The notes: a model not told the origin generated them from the letters alone. Counted from the first letter of the stretch, positions 1 through 10,330 are shown. The stretch is 64,000 nt of DNA from an uncultured Porphyromonadaceae bacterium (GCA_946414395.1 CAMKOE010000005.1:14712-78711); one strand, 5' to 3'. Numbers and translations: made by a program.

Positions 1-1910
1 CACCTAAGCCACCCAGTACTTCCAGCGTTCCCACTCCTCCCAGCACCCCAGCCCCCGGCCGGCAACTGTCACTGTTCGACCTCGAGCAGCCCGCCGAGGA
101 CACCGCGCCCGTCTATCAGTCCCTTGACGATGTGGGCCACACCTACCGTCTCATCACCTCCCCCATCGAGGCTGCCGCGCTGGTGAGCGAACTGCTCGAC
201 AAGCCACGGGTGGCCATCAGCCTGCTGGGATCGGGAGATCACGCCATGCAACTCAAGGTCATGGGCATCGCACTCTGCGCCCAGCAGCATGTAGCCGCCT
301 TTGTCAAGTGTGACGGCAAGCAGGACATGATGCGCGCCTTGGCACCCCTGTTCGAGGGGAAGGCCTGTATCATCAGCAGCGACGTCAAGCGCACCATGGT
401 GGCCCTCAACCAGTATGGGATACGATTCACGGCCCCTTACTATGACACCGCCGTGGCCCACTACCTGCTCCAGCCCGAGCGCGGCCACTCGATTGCCGAG
501 ATGGCCTACGAACTGCTGCACTACAACGCCATCACCCCCGAGAGCCTGCTCGGCCCCAAGGGTCGCAACCAACTCAAGCCGCAGCAACTCGCGCCCGAAG
601 CCTTGACGCGATGGGCATGTGAGGCAGCCGACCTCACCCTGCAACTGCCCGATGCGCTCGACAAGGCGTTGCAGCAGCAGGGACTTGACAAACTGTTGGC
701 CGACATCGAGTTGCCGCTCATCCAGGTGCTGGCAAGCATGGAACTGGCCGGCGCCCGCATCGACGTGAAAGCCCTCAACGACTACTCGGTATCGCTCACC
801 GGGCAAATGAACCGCCTAGAAGCCGAATGCCACCAACTGGCTGGTGTCGACTTCAACACGGCATCCCCTGCCCAAGTGGGCGAGGTGCTGTTTGACCACC
901 TCAAGATTGACCCCAAGGCCAAGAAAACCAAGACCGGCCAGTACTCCACCACCGAGGACATCCTGCTCAAACTGCGCGACCGCCATCCGCTCGTGGATAA
1001 GATTCTGCAACTGAGGGGCATCAGGAAACTGCTGTCCACCTATGTCAACGCCCTGCCCGCTCTCATCAACCCCGTCACGGGACGCATCCACACGACCTAT
1101 AACCAGACGGTCACCGCCACGGGGCGCTTGTCCTCGACCAACCCTAACCTGCAGAACATCCCCGTGCGCACCGATGACGGCAAGGAAATACGCCGCGCGT
1201 TCATTCCTGCCGACGGCAACGTGTTCTTCAGCGCCGACTACTCGCAGATCGAACTGCGCCTGGTTGCCGACATGAGCCACGACAAGACCATGCTTGACGC
1301 CTTTGCCAACGGTCACGACATCCATGCCATCACCGCCGCGCGCATCTACCACAAGCCGCTCGACCAAGTGACCAGTGACGAGCGCCGCAAGGCCAAAACC
1401 GCCAACTTCGGCATCCTGTACGGCATCAGCGCCTTTGGCCTGGCACAACGCCTGAACATCCCCCGCGACGAGGCCAAGATGCTCATCGACGGCTATTACA
1501 ACACCTTCCCGCAGGTGCGCCAATACATCGACAGCAGCATCGCCCATGCTCGCGAGAAGGGCTACGTGACCACCATCTACGGCCGTCGCCGCATGCTGCC
1601 CGACATCAACTCACGCAATGCTGTGGTGAGAGGCTTCAGCGAGCGCAATGCCATCAACGCGCCCATCCAGGGCACCGCCGCCGATGTCATCAAACTCGCC
1701 ATGGTGCGCATCTACCGCCGCTTCCAGGCCGAGGGCATCCAGTCACGCATGATCCTGCAGGTGCACGACGAACTCAACTTTGACGTCCTGCCCAGTGAAC
1801 TCGACCGCGTGCAGCGCATCGTCATCGAGGAGATGGAAGGCGTCTATCACGGTGACGTGCGCCTCACCGCCAGTCACGGTGTTGCCAGCAACTGGCTCGA
1901 CGCCCACTAG
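1..1910 (+). CDS. polA: DNA polymerase I (5'-truncated by window edge)
   Basis: Family A polymerase motifs TGRLSS.NPNLQNIP, SADYSQIELR, RRKAKTANFGILYG, QVHDEL; frame is open from base 3. Confidence 0.97.
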   Translation, partial: PKPPSTSSVPTPPSTPAPGRQLSLFDLEQPAEDTAPVYQSLDDVGHTYRLITSPIEAAALVSELLDKPRVAISLLGSGDHAMQLKVMGIALCAQQHVAAFVKCDGKQDMMRALAPLFEGKACIISSDVKRTMVALNQYGIRFTAPYYDTAVAHYLLQPERGHSIAEMAYELLHYNAITPESLLGPKGRNQLKPQQLAPEALTRWACEAADLTLQLPDALDKALQQQGLDKLLADIELPLIQVLASMELAGARIDVKALNDYSVSLTGQMNRLEAECHQLAGVDFNTASPAQVGEVLFDHLKIDPKAKKTKTGQYSTTEDILLKLRDRHPLVDKILQLRGIRKLLSTYVNALPALINPVTGRIHTTYNQTVTATGRLSSTNPNLQNIPVRTDDGKEIRRAFIPADGNVFFSADYSQIELRLVADMSHDKTMLDAFANGHDIHAITAARIYHKPLDQVTSDERRKAKTANFGILYGISAFGLAQRLNIPRDEAKMLIDGYYNTFPQVRQYIDSSIAHAREKGYVTTIYGRRRMLPDINSRNAVVRGFSERNAINAPIQGTAADVIKLAMVRIYRRFQAEGIQSRMILQVHDELNFDVLPSELDRVQRIVIEEMEGVYHGDVRLTASHGVASNWLDAH

Positions 1911-2010
1911 AATCCACACTGAGCAGTGATGAAGGCCCGTGCAGATACCTAAAACAGTAGTGAAAAATAAAAAAAACCGGCTTTTCTTGCTCAGATTGAA
2001 AAAATAGCAG

Positions 2011-2018
2011 TATCTTTG
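2011..2018 (+). promoter_or_regulatory. Bacteroidetes -7 promoter element for tRNA-Pro
   Basis: TATCTTTG (TAnnTTTG) 20 nt upstream of the tRNA. Confidence 0.7.
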
Positions 2019-2037
2019 CACCGCTAAAAAAGAGTTG

Positions 2038-2111
2038 CGGGGTGTAGCACAGTTGGTTAGCGCGCCACGTTCGGGACGTGGAGGTCGGAAGTTCGAGTCC
2101 TCTCACCCCGA
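2038..2111 (+). tRNA. tRNA-Pro (anticodon CGG)
   Basis: Cloverleaf: acceptor CGGGGTG/CACCCCG, anticodon arm CCACG-TTCGGGA-CGTGG, T-loop TTCGAGT; CCA not encoded. Confidence 0.96.
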
Positions 2112-2119
2112 CTCAAGCA
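2098..2119 (+). repeat. attL core (TCCTCTCACCCCGACTCAAGCA)
   Basis: Identical to 45128-45149; overlaps the tRNA 3' end. Confidence 0.93.
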
Positions 2120-2152
2120 GGGGTAACAAGTTGTCAAACAACGAGTTACCCC
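2120..2152 (+). terminator. Phage-supplied hairpin after the tRNA
   Basis: GGGGTAAC...GTTACCCC stem followed by AATTTT. Confidence 0.5.
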
Positions 2153-2169
2153 AATTTTCTTAAAATAGC

Positions 2170-2187
2170 CGGGACAAAATCGGGACA
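2170..2187 (+). repeat. Putative integrase arm-type sites
   Basis: CGGGACAAAATCGGGACA, nearly identical to 45037-45054 inside the other phage end. Confidence 0.7.
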
Positions 2188-2205
2188 GCCCGATTTTCTG
2201 CCCTT

Positions 2206-3447
2206 TTGTTTCACATCAGGCGTTTCCACAAGAAATGTCTAAAAAAAATGTGTGCGCAAAAGCATCACCCGCATTATTCTTCGGTGCTGCCGTACCAGAT
2301 AGGCAGTGGAATTGACTATGTCAGGCAATACACTTTACCCGTTCTCCGAGAGGGCACAGAGTGGTACATCGAGTTTTACGCTTATGACCCCGAGCGCTGC
2401 CGTTTGAGGCGTAAGCGCATCAAGGTAAACCGCATCAAGTCCATAGCGAAGCGTAGGCAGTATGCCAGGGACATGATAGTGCGGATTGCCCTGCAACTTC
2501 AGCGAGGGTGGAACCCCTGGATAGCGAAAGACACCAGCCAACTCTTGCCGTTCGCCGACGTATGCGCCGCATACGAGGCTTACATCGATAAGATGTACTC
2601 ATCGGGTCAATACCGCAAGGAGACCTATGCAGGCTACAAAAGTTACCTCAAGAACTTGAGGACTTATGTAGCCGACGAGTCGCCGATCTATTATCTCTAC
2701 CAGTTCGACAGGGCTTATATAGTCAGTTTTCTTGACTATATCTTTATTGGTAGAGATAATGGCGGGCAGACCAGAAACAATTATCTATCATGGCTTTCCG
2801 TTTTCACAGGTTGGGCGGTTGTCAAAGGATATTTGACAACTCGCCCAACCGAAGGCATTCCCTATATCGATAAGCGGCACCTCGTGAAGCAGCGGCAGAT
2901 CATACCGCTGGAGGTGGTGCGTCGCATTGGGCGGTGGCTGGACGAACACGACCCCTATTTCCTTTTGGCTTGCCAGTTGCTGTATAACTGTTTCATCCGC
3001 CCCGTCGAGATGACGCGCCTAAAGGTAGGCTGGATCAACGCCCAGGCAGGAACCGTATCGATTCCCGCCGAAGCATCCAAGAACCGAGAGAGCATGGTTG
3101 TCACCTTGCCTAAGTCGGTCTTGTTTAAGATGAAGGACTTAGGGGTTTTCAAGAGCCCGAGCGAGGATTTCCTGTTCTCAAAAAACCTTCGCCCGGGCCC
3201 CCATCAGATTGACACCATCATCTTTCGCCACCACTGGAACACCTTGCGCAAGGCGCTCGGGTTGCGCAAGGAGTGGCAGTTCTATTCACTCAAAGACACC
3301 GGCATCACCGAGATGCTCGACAATAACATCGCCAGCATTACCGTGAGGGACCAGGCACGGCACAGTTCGCTAGCCATCACCGAGGTTTACACGAGGCACC
3401 TGCAGCGAGCGAACGAGCAGGTGCTGAACTGGGAGGGGGCGTTATAA
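2206..3447 (+). CDS. Tyrosine integrase (start may be ATG 2248)
   Basis: FIRPVE (R), ASKN (K), FYSLKDTG, QARHSS, TEVY catalytic pattern; adjacent to attL. Confidence 0.93.
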   Translation: MFHIRRFHKKCLKKMCAQKHHPHYSSVLPYQIGSGIDYVRQYTLPVLREGTEWYIEFYAYDPERCRLRRKRIKVNRIKSIAKRRQYARDMIVRIALQLQRGWNPWIAKDTSQLLPFADVCAAYEAYIDKMYSSGQYRKETYAGYKSYLKNLRTYVADESPIYYLYQFDRAYIVSFLDYIFIGRDNGGQTRNNYLSWLSVFTGWAVVKGYLTTRPTEGIPYIDKRHLVKQRQIIPLEVVRRIGRWLDEHDPYFLLACQLLYNCFIRPVEMTRLKVGWINAQAGTVSIPAEASKNRESMVVTLPKSVLFKMKDLGVFKSPSEDFLFSKNLRPGPHQIDTIIFRHHWNTLRKALGLRKEWQFYSLKDTGITEMLDNNIASITVRDQARHSSLAITEVYTRHLQRANEQVLNWEGAL

Positions 3448-5445
3448 CACCCGATAGAACGCCCCCTTTTTCAGTTCGCTCATGCCGTCCGTGGTGATTT
3501 CCGTCTTTATTTCAGCGCATAGGTATCTTTTCCCCTTGATGGCAAACACAGATTTCACGTCGGGCAGATCATCCGCGAGGAACGATATTTCATATTTCTT
3601 GTTGGTGTCAATTTTAATCCACTCCTCCATCTTCGCCCCCATGCCGTACTTGGCCGTGTTCAAGCGCAGAGATCCGTTTCCAGGATTAAGCACAACTTGC
3701 CATTGGCCGAATTCGATGTTTTCTCCACTGCCCCACGCGCCCCATACCGTAGCGAACTCCTTTTGCGTCAAGAACGGCCTCGGCAGGTCGCCTTCATTCC
3801 CCCATGTTCTTTTATCCATTCCATACCAGAAAGCGACCTGCAAATGGCTGAAATGCGTTGTCCCGCTTTTGTCCCCATTCTTAATGAATTTATAAGCATA
3901 GGGCTGAATGACCTGGTCAGGATCCACATATTCGCGTCTACCGTTACCGCCGACCTGACCGTCCCACATTCTATAAACCTCATCATCATACACTGTCCCT
4001 TCGCCAGACGTGCCGGCATCGAAGAACGGCAGCATGCCTTTATCCGTATCATCGATCCATGCAGGGATTATACCGATTTCTTCCGCCTGTTCCCAATTTT
4101 CCTCGTCGATCACACGCGTGCCGAACGCATTCAACGGCAAAAGCCTGTACACATTCCCGTACCTGGCGTACTCTGTGGTCTTTTTCGGCGCCACCAGAAG
4201 CCGTTTGGTCACGAAAGGAACGAAATACATGTCTTCCAGCTCAGCGTAGAATACAGAGCCACACGGGTAACCAAGGTACCAGTCCTGGCTTTGTTCCGCC
4301 ATCCAGTTCGCTATATCCTGCATTGAGCCAAATTCCACGACTCTTGGGTTATATTTATGGAAGTACCAAGGGCACGAATACAGGGGTGACATGTTATGTC
4401 CCCCGTCTGCATATCCGATATTACGCGCGGGCTTGTAGTCGCTCTGATCCTCTTTCGAAACCGTCGCCGTGTGTTCCTCCACTACATTCTCTATCACAAC
4501 CACGCTATTTGCTGACGATTGCTGCCAAGAGAAAGACACTGTCTTTTTCTTGTGGTCAATAACGATATTGCAAAGCATCAGTTTTTCGAGATTCTCGAAG
4601 AACTCGTTGATTGACCAGTGCGGGAGAATATCCTGCCACCGCATCGACTCCCAGGCGGCAGGCAGACAATTGAACGAATACAGGTGATAATAGTCGCTAT
4701 CTACCCATTGTTGGGCGAGTAGCGAGTAGCCCAGCGCGTCACAGATATACTGAGTGAGCGTATAGAGCCGGATCTGGCACGACAGCCGCCTCACGGCTTC
4801 CGTGTCGTATTCATCTTCGGCGGCGACATGCCAGTAATACGTTTCAGACCCGTTGCGGGATCCATAGTCCGCACGGTTCTGTATATTGCCCGTATTGGCA
4901 TTCACCCATGGCAGAGCGATGACATCGCCAGTTCCCCAGGCCTGTTCTGGCGTCTTATACTCCACCGTCACAGGCTCCTCTTCATCGCCCCGGCTAGTTG
5001 CCCCTGGTCTCGTTCCAGGGCGGGTATTACGGTTGTCTGAATGCCCATTCGACTGTTCGGCGATGTTGTCAGGAATCCATTTAGGTATTGCAGGCAACTC
5101 CAATTCATCCACATAACGCTTGTCGAAATCCGGATAGAAATTCTGAAAACTCCTATCCGCCATGAACTGAACCTTTACCATCGATTCCGTCACTGCCGTA
5201 ATCGCTACTGCCCCCGACTTACGGAAGTTGCCATCGAGGATCTCAGCGTCAAGGTACACGTCCCTGATATCAACGTCCAGCCGGTCCAGCCGCCCGAAGA
5301 TTCCCATATTCGCCTTATTATTCAAAGGCAGTTCTATATTCAGCGTGTAATCCTCCCTGTCGCCGAAAAGCGGATTAACCGAGTTATACTCAATCGAGGC
5401 GTCCCTTTTCAGCGCGACAGGCTTTTTATTAATCAGTAGAATCAT
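3442..5445 (-). CDS. Phage tail-associated structural protein (667 aa)
   Basis: Directly follows and overlaps the tape measure gene; N-terminal NPLF..YTLNIELP pattern seen in distal-tail-type proteins. Confidence 0.6.
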   Translation of the reverse strand: MILLINKKPVALKRDASIEYNSVNPLFGDREDYTLNIELPLNNKANMGIFGRLDRLDVDIRDVYLDAEILDGNFRKSGAVAITAVTESMVKVQFMADRSFQNFYPDFDKRYVDELELPAIPKWIPDNIAEQSNGHSDNRNTRPGTRPGATSRGDEEEPVTVEYKTPEQAWGTGDVIALPWVNANTGNIQNRADYGSRNGSETYYWHVAAEDEYDTEAVRRLSCQIRLYTLTQYICDALGYSLLAQQWVDSDYYHLYSFNCLPAAWESMRWQDILPHWSINEFFENLEKLMLCNIVIDHKKKTVSFSWQQSSANSVVVIENVVEEHTATVSKEDQSDYKPARNIGYADGGHNMSPLYSCPWYFHKYNPRVVEFGSMQDIANWMAEQSQDWYLGYPCGSVFYAELEDMYFVPFVTKRLLVAPKKTTEYARYGNVYRLLPLNAFGTRVIDEENWEQAEEIGIIPAWIDDTDKGMLPFFDAGTSGEGTVYDDEVYRMWDGQVGGNGRREYVDPDQVIQPYAYKFIKNGDKSGTTHFSHLQVAFWYGMDKRTWGNEGDLPRPFLTQKEFATVWGAWGSGENIEFGQWQVVLNPGNGSLRLNTAKYGMGAKMEEWIKIDTNKKYEISFLADDLPDVKSVFAIKGKRYLCAEIKTEITTDGMSELKKGAFYRVL

Positions 5446-8400
5446 TTCCTTTTCGATTTAGGAAGCGTATTATTCTCAAGTTGTGTGAACTCGTCTTGTG
5501 CTTTTTTTATGCCACGGTCGCCACTCACCGTATTAACTGTCACGAACGGTTTTTCAAGTCTTTCCCTCAAGCCTTCCATCGTTTCGCTGTACTCACCTAT
5601 GACCAGCGACATTGCGGCTATTGCTCTAGACATCGAGCCATCTGTGGCCGCCTGCGCCATAACGGCAGGAGCCGTGACTATCCTAGTCACCGCTGCGGGC
5701 GGAAGATCCCCAAAGCGGTTATTGCGCTGGGCGAAGTCCAGGGCTTCGATAGCCGGGCGAGTGGCAGGGTTCTTCAGGAGTTTCTGCGATGCCACCCATT
5801 CGCCTGCGTGCACGATGCCCACGGGTTTATCCCTGGGTCCATCGGGCGTGAAGCCACCCTCTGCATAGCCCTGTGCCGCACTGATGGACTGTTGCTTCTT
5901 GATTGCCGCGATCTGAACCAGACCAGCCGCCGTTGCCATGGCGGCCGCTATAGGACCCCAGATCATCGTTGGGGCAGGTGCGGTTGCATAAGCGTTCAGG
6001 GCAGCCGTTGCCGTCTGAGCTATGGCAGAAATCACCTGTTGTGCAAACTGCTTCTTAGAAGCCTCAGCCTTCAGTCTGGCTTCTTCCTTTTGTTTCTTGC
6101 GCTCAATCTCCTTAATCTTGTAGGCGTTGCCCTCAGCCATTGAGATTTCACGGTCATAGCGTTTCTCAAGGTCTGCGAGCCTCTGCTGTTCCTCAGCTTC
6201 CCACAACTGGTTGATGTTGCTCCATACGGACATCACCGATGACGCCATATTTTTCACCAAGTCGCCGTACTTATCCCATGTTCCTTCGCCGAACATCTTG
6301 TCTAAAAGGTTGCCCATCCATTCGCCCAGCGACTTCTCCCCTTTGTCTCCTTTGATTGATTCCGTCAGCCGCTGGATAGCCTTTTGATAGCGAGAAGTCA
6401 GTTCAGCGATTTTCTTCGATCTGTCTTCCGGAGTCAGGCTCTCGTCCATTTCCAGCTCAGCGAGTTTCGCCTTATAAGCAGCCTCGATGAGTTTCTTCGT
6501 TTCCTCGATAACTTTCTGCTGTTTCTCCTTCTGGTCGTAGGCGTATTCCTCCCAGGCATCAGCCAGTTTTTTCTGATGTTCTTTTTCTTTTTGCTCATAT
6601 TCCTGGTGATTCTTCACCTGATCGGCCACAAGTTTCTCACGATAGGTAGCGTTAGCCTTGAGGTAGTTTTCCCAGGCCTTCTCATCCACGTTTGGCTTGA
6701 GCGAGTAGAAAGCCTCCTGCAGCTTGTGGAGGTCTTCGCCGGCCTTCCCGTCGGTAGAGACATCCACAGCGATGACAATACCCTTGTCATCGGCTGCTAG
6801 AATATTTTCGGCGCCCTCCAGTTTCGTTTGGATATATTCCTCAAGCTGTTTCTCGCTCAGCACTGAGCCATCAGGCAGGATCGGCGTGACAAGGATTTCC
6901 TTGACCGCACCTGAAGCGTCCTTGATGCCATATTGTGAGGAGTACACCGTTGCGGTGGCCTCCCCTGGCTGTGTCGGGTTGCCCGACCATCCAGCCTTTG
7001 TCAGCTCGTGAGCGTCGATGACAGGACGATTCAGCAGATCCACGTTACCTTTGTAGAGGGATTGCATTTGTTCGGCGGCCTTTTGCCGAACGTCCTCCCA
7101 TTCCTTGATAGCCGTTTCTGCCTGTCCTTTATAGATGTCACGGATGTTTTTCAGGTGCTGGAGTTCCGACAGCTCCATCTGCTTGTTATATTGTTCAGCC
7201 GTGAGCAGTCCATCGAGGTACATCTGCTGAGTGATCGCCTTTCGATCCGCATAGGCTTTATTCTCTTCCTCAATGGTGAACTTATTTGCCGTTTCCACCT
7301 GCTTGCGCTGCACCTCAGCCAGCTGTGCGCTGATCACGATGCGTTCGTTTTTGGTGAGGTCAGCGTGTTTTAGCTGCTCTTTATAGAACTGTTCCTCTAT
7401 TTTGAGCATGCGCTTGGTGTAGTCCTCATAATTCTTTTGACCAGTGGCGTAGGCGATGCGGTTCAAGGCCTCCTCATACTCTCGCCATTCCTTCTCGGCC
7501 TTAAACTTATCCTCGGTTTTCTGATGGCCGCTATTCTTATTTGATTTCAATGTTGGTGTGTAACTAGAGCCAGGGGGAGTATTTTCGGGCTGCGTAGAGC
7601 TGCTGCTATTGCCCCGACGGTAGTTCAGCTCTTCCCTTATTCCTTGGACGAGGCTCTTTGCCTCTTTTACCGAGACTTTCCTGTATTCGTCCGCGCTGTC
7701 ACCTCCGACAATTACCAAAGCCTCTCCGGCTTTCCCTGACAGGATAATTTTATCCAGTTGCACTAGCGAACGGCTAAGTCTGTCTTCGGGAATATTCTTA
7801 TAAGGGGCCACCGCCTGTTCCATAGCTGTGAATGTCCTTTCAGACTTGTTGTATTCATCGTTGCGATTGAATATCTTGTTAGCGATACCCCAAGGTGTTT
7901 TCCCAGGGGAGAACACGTTATTCCAACCATCCCGGCTTGAATAGGCTCTTATCCAGTCCGACGTATTCTTGTCAAGGGCTTTGCCCGAGGTTGCGGCGTC
8001 AGATACTTTCTGGACTATTCTTGCCGCTTCTTTTGTCGATGCGCCTGTTCTTTCCAGAGCATCCTGCAGTTCTTTCAAGTCGTTTGACAGGGTTGAGAAA
8101 TACTCCTCTGTGTTTTTCTCTCTGGCTGCAGCGATGCCACGCTCCCTTGCAGACCGACGGATGGCTGCAGTTAACCTGTCATAGGCACCGGTAAGGTTAA
8201 TGATTTCACCCTTTTCGTCGATCAGTCCAGATAGATATCGTCCATATTGGGAAATGATGGATTTCTTAGCACTTTCATACTCTTTTGTTCCCTTCTTGGC
8301 TCCCTCAAGTTTTCCGAAGAGCACATCAAGTTCACGCTGTTCTTTGTAATACTCCTCACTCAGACCTTTGGCAGCTTTAAGATTTTCTTTAGCAGCCTTA

Positions 8401-10256
8401 GTATATTCGTCTGTTTTCCCTTTAAGGTTTACGATCGCCAAAACCACAGCGGTAATCACTGTCAACAAGAGACCAAAAGGATTTGCCTTAATTGTTGCAT
8501 TTAGAGCCGCAAACTCAATTCTTGCCGCAGTTGCTCCTTTGGAGAACAGAGTTAACGCTACATGGCCGTAAGCAACCGCTGCAGTAAATGTCTTCTGAAT
8601 CGCAGTACCAATTGTCAGAATGCCGTTCCATGCAGTGGTAGCGGCTGCAGCCATCTTACTGCCCAATGCGTGCAACTTAGTGGCCAACGTAGAAGCATTT
8701 ACAGCAACCGTGAAAGACGTCAGGGCTATGGTTGTATTTACAATAGCTGTCTTATGATTTCCAATAAAATCGACAACCTCAGCAATAGCCCTCATGAAGG
8801 CTCCTGATGACGTTATAGTATATCTCATTAACGGTGCAAGTTTCTCGCCGAGAGTAACCGCCATTTCGTTGAAGTTCTTCTTAGCTTTCTCTAATCCCGC
8901 TTGGACGGTATTGTTCTGCACATTGAATTCCTTGTCAATAGAGACGGCCTCGCTGAAAGCCTCGTTTGCGACTTCTTGTTGGTTCTTGACTTCGTCAATG
9001 TGTGTTGCGAGTGTTGACAAAGCCTGGATGGCTCGTGCGCCGTTCTCGCCCATGTCCTTGAACATCGGTGACAGCACGTCCATCCCTCCAGCCTTATTCA
9101 AGGTCTCCAGGAACTGAATCAGTGCCGCATTCATGTCGGTTTTCATCAATTCGGCAAACTGCTTGACTTCCAGTCCTGCGACTTTAGCGTACTTCTCGGG
9201 CTCACGGTAAAGTCGAACGATGACCTGTGACAGAGCGGTGGATGAGGATTCCACTTTCTGGTTATAGGTATCGAGCACAGCGCCGAAACCCATGATCTGT
9301 TGTGTAGTCATGCCGGCTTGGGCACCGACACCACCCATGCGAGAGGCAAATTCAGCAAGATATGGTGCAGATGCGGTACAGTTCTGCGAGAGTTCGTTGA
9401 TGACCGAGCCCACCGACAGCAAGGATTTCTCGACACCCAACCTTTGGCGATCGCCGAAGATGTCAGTCAACTTCGACAGGGTGAGGGTCGCACCCTCTCC
9501 CAGATCATCGAGAGCGACGTTGATTTTGTCTGCAGCGCGGACGAATCCCATGACATCTTCCTGGGACTGCATACCCAAACGGCCAGCCTCCTGAGCGAGT
9601 TGGTTCAGTTGCTCACGGCTGGAGCGCGTGTCCATCGTTTTGAATTCGTCGTTGAGGCGTTCCACTTCATCAGCGGTCATTCCTGTAAATTTGCGGACAC
9701 TGGCCATCTCTTGGTCCATTTCCGCAAAAGCCTGAACTGCTTTCCGTGCGGTCGTAGTGACACCAGTGAAAGCTGCCATCACAGTTTGAATAGCGGCACC
9801 CCAATCGAACATTTTCTTGGCAAAGCGATCCCATAGGTTGCCTTGAACCGCCTTTGACTCATTGTTGATTTTTGCCAGTTCTTCCTTAACGGCCTTGATT
9901 TTGCGCTGGTGTTCGCCCCAAGCTCGGCTACCGCGTTCAATGTTGTCAAGGTCACTTTTCAGTTGTTTCAGGGATTTACGGAGTTCAGCAGGTGTTGCTT
10001 TGTCAAGGCGCAACATGGCCTGTGTCACATTAGCCACGCCAGACTGCACCCTACCCAGTTCCTTTTCAGCCTCAACCATTTTCTTCCTCACGTCATTCCA
10101 TTCTTTGGAATTGACGCCGAGAGATTTGTCTGCGGCTATTTCCTGAAGTCTCTTCCTGTATCCGAGGACATCATCCTTCAGTTTGGCTATAGTCTGTTGT
10201 GCCGGCTGGCCATTTACGTATATGGTAGCCGTTGCCGTACTGTTGTAATTGCTCAT
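5442..10256 (-). CDS. Tail tape measure protein (1604 aa)
   Basis: Long helical protein with TP901-type core (FAEMDQEMASVRKFTG, LAQEAGRLG) and C-terminal GYAEGGFT..GIVHAGEWV motif. Confidence 0.92.
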   Translation of the reverse strand: MSNYNSTATATIYVNGQPAQQTIAKLKDDVLGYRKRLQEIAADKSLGVNSKEWNDVRKKMVEAEKELGRVQSGVANVTQAMLRLDKATPAELRKSLKQLKSDLDNIERGSRAWGEHQRKIKAVKEELAKINNESKAVQGNLWDRFAKKMFDWGAAIQTVMAAFTGVTTTARKAVQAFAEMDQEMASVRKFTGMTADEVERLNDEFKTMDTRSSREQLNQLAQEAGRLGMQSQEDVMGFVRAADKINVALDDLGEGATLTLSKLTDIFGDRQRLGVEKSLLSVGSVINELSQNCTASAPYLAEFASRMGGVGAQAGMTTQQIMGFGAVLDTYNQKVESSSTALSQVIVRLYREPEKYAKVAGLEVKQFAELMKTDMNAALIQFLETLNKAGGMDVLSPMFKDMGENGARAIQALSTLATHIDEVKNQQEVANEAFSEAVSIDKEFNVQNNTVQAGLEKAKKNFNEMAVTLGEKLAPLMRYTITSSGAFMRAIAEVVDFIGNHKTAIVNTTIALTSFTVAVNASTLATKLHALGSKMAAAATTAWNGILTIGTAIQKTFTAAVAYGHVALTLFSKGATAARIEFAALNATIKANPFGLLLTVITAVVLAIVNLKGKTDEYTKAAKENLKAAKGLSEEYYKEQRELDVLFGKLEGAKKGTKEYESAKKSIISQYGRYLSGLIDEKGEIINLTGAYDRLTAAIRRSARERGIAAAREKNTEEYFSTLSNDLKELQDALERTGASTKEAARIVQKVSDAATSGKALDKNTSDWIRAYSSRDGWNNVFSPGKTPWGIANKIFNRNDEYNKSERTFTAMEQAVAPYKNIPEDRLSRSLVQLDKIILSGKAGEALVIVGGDSADEYRKVSVKEAKSLVQGIREELNYRRGNSSSSTQPENTPPGSSYTPTLKSNKNSGHQKTEDKFKAEKEWREYEEALNRIAYATGQKNYEDYTKRMLKIEEQFYKEQLKHADLTKNERIVISAQLAEVQRKQVETANKFTIEEENKAYADRKAITQQMYLDGLLTAEQYNKQMELSELQHLKNIRDIYKGQAETAIKEWEDVRQKAAEQMQSLYKGNVDLLNRPVIDAHELTKAGWSGNPTQPGEATATVYSSQYGIKDASGAVKEILVTPILPDGSVLSEKQLEEYIQTKLEGAENILAADDKGIVIAVDVSTDGKAGEDLHKLQEAFYSLKPNVDEKAWENYLKANATYREKLVADQVKNHQEYEQKEKEHQKKLADAWEEYAYDQKEKQQKVIEETKKLIEAAYKAKLAELEMDESLTPEDRSKKIAELTSRYQKAIQRLTESIKGDKGEKSLGEWMGNLLDKMFGEGTWDKYGDLVKNMASSVMSVWSNINQLWEAEEQQRLADLEKRYDREISMAEGNAYKIKEIERKKQKEEARLKAEASKKQFAQQVISAIAQTATAALNAYATAPAPTMIWGPIAAAMATAAGLVQIAAIKKQQSISAAQGYAEGGFTPDGPRDKPVGIVHAGEWVASQKLLKNPATRPAIEALDFAQRNNRFGDLPPAAVTRIVTAPAVMAQAATDGSMSRAIAAMSLVIGEYSETMEGLRERLEKPFVTVNTVSGDRGIKKAQDEFTQLENNTLPKSKRK

Positions 10257-10277
10257 ATCTTAGTCACATCTATGTGA

Positions 10278-10312
10278 CAAAGATAAAAGAGCAACACCAA
10301 AGCGCAAAAGAC
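10278..10312 (-). promoter_or_regulatory. Putative late promoter (copy 1, tape measure gene)
   Basis: GTCTTTT-N20-TATCTTTG on the minus strand. Confidence 0.75.
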
Positions 10313-10330
10313 AGAAAAAATGTAGCTCGC

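Noticed and set aside
69-1547. Long minus-strand ORFs (245 and 243 aa) over polA
   Set aside because: Antisense shadows of a GC-rich gene with clear polymerase motifs; the same applies to most long overlapping ORFs in the track.
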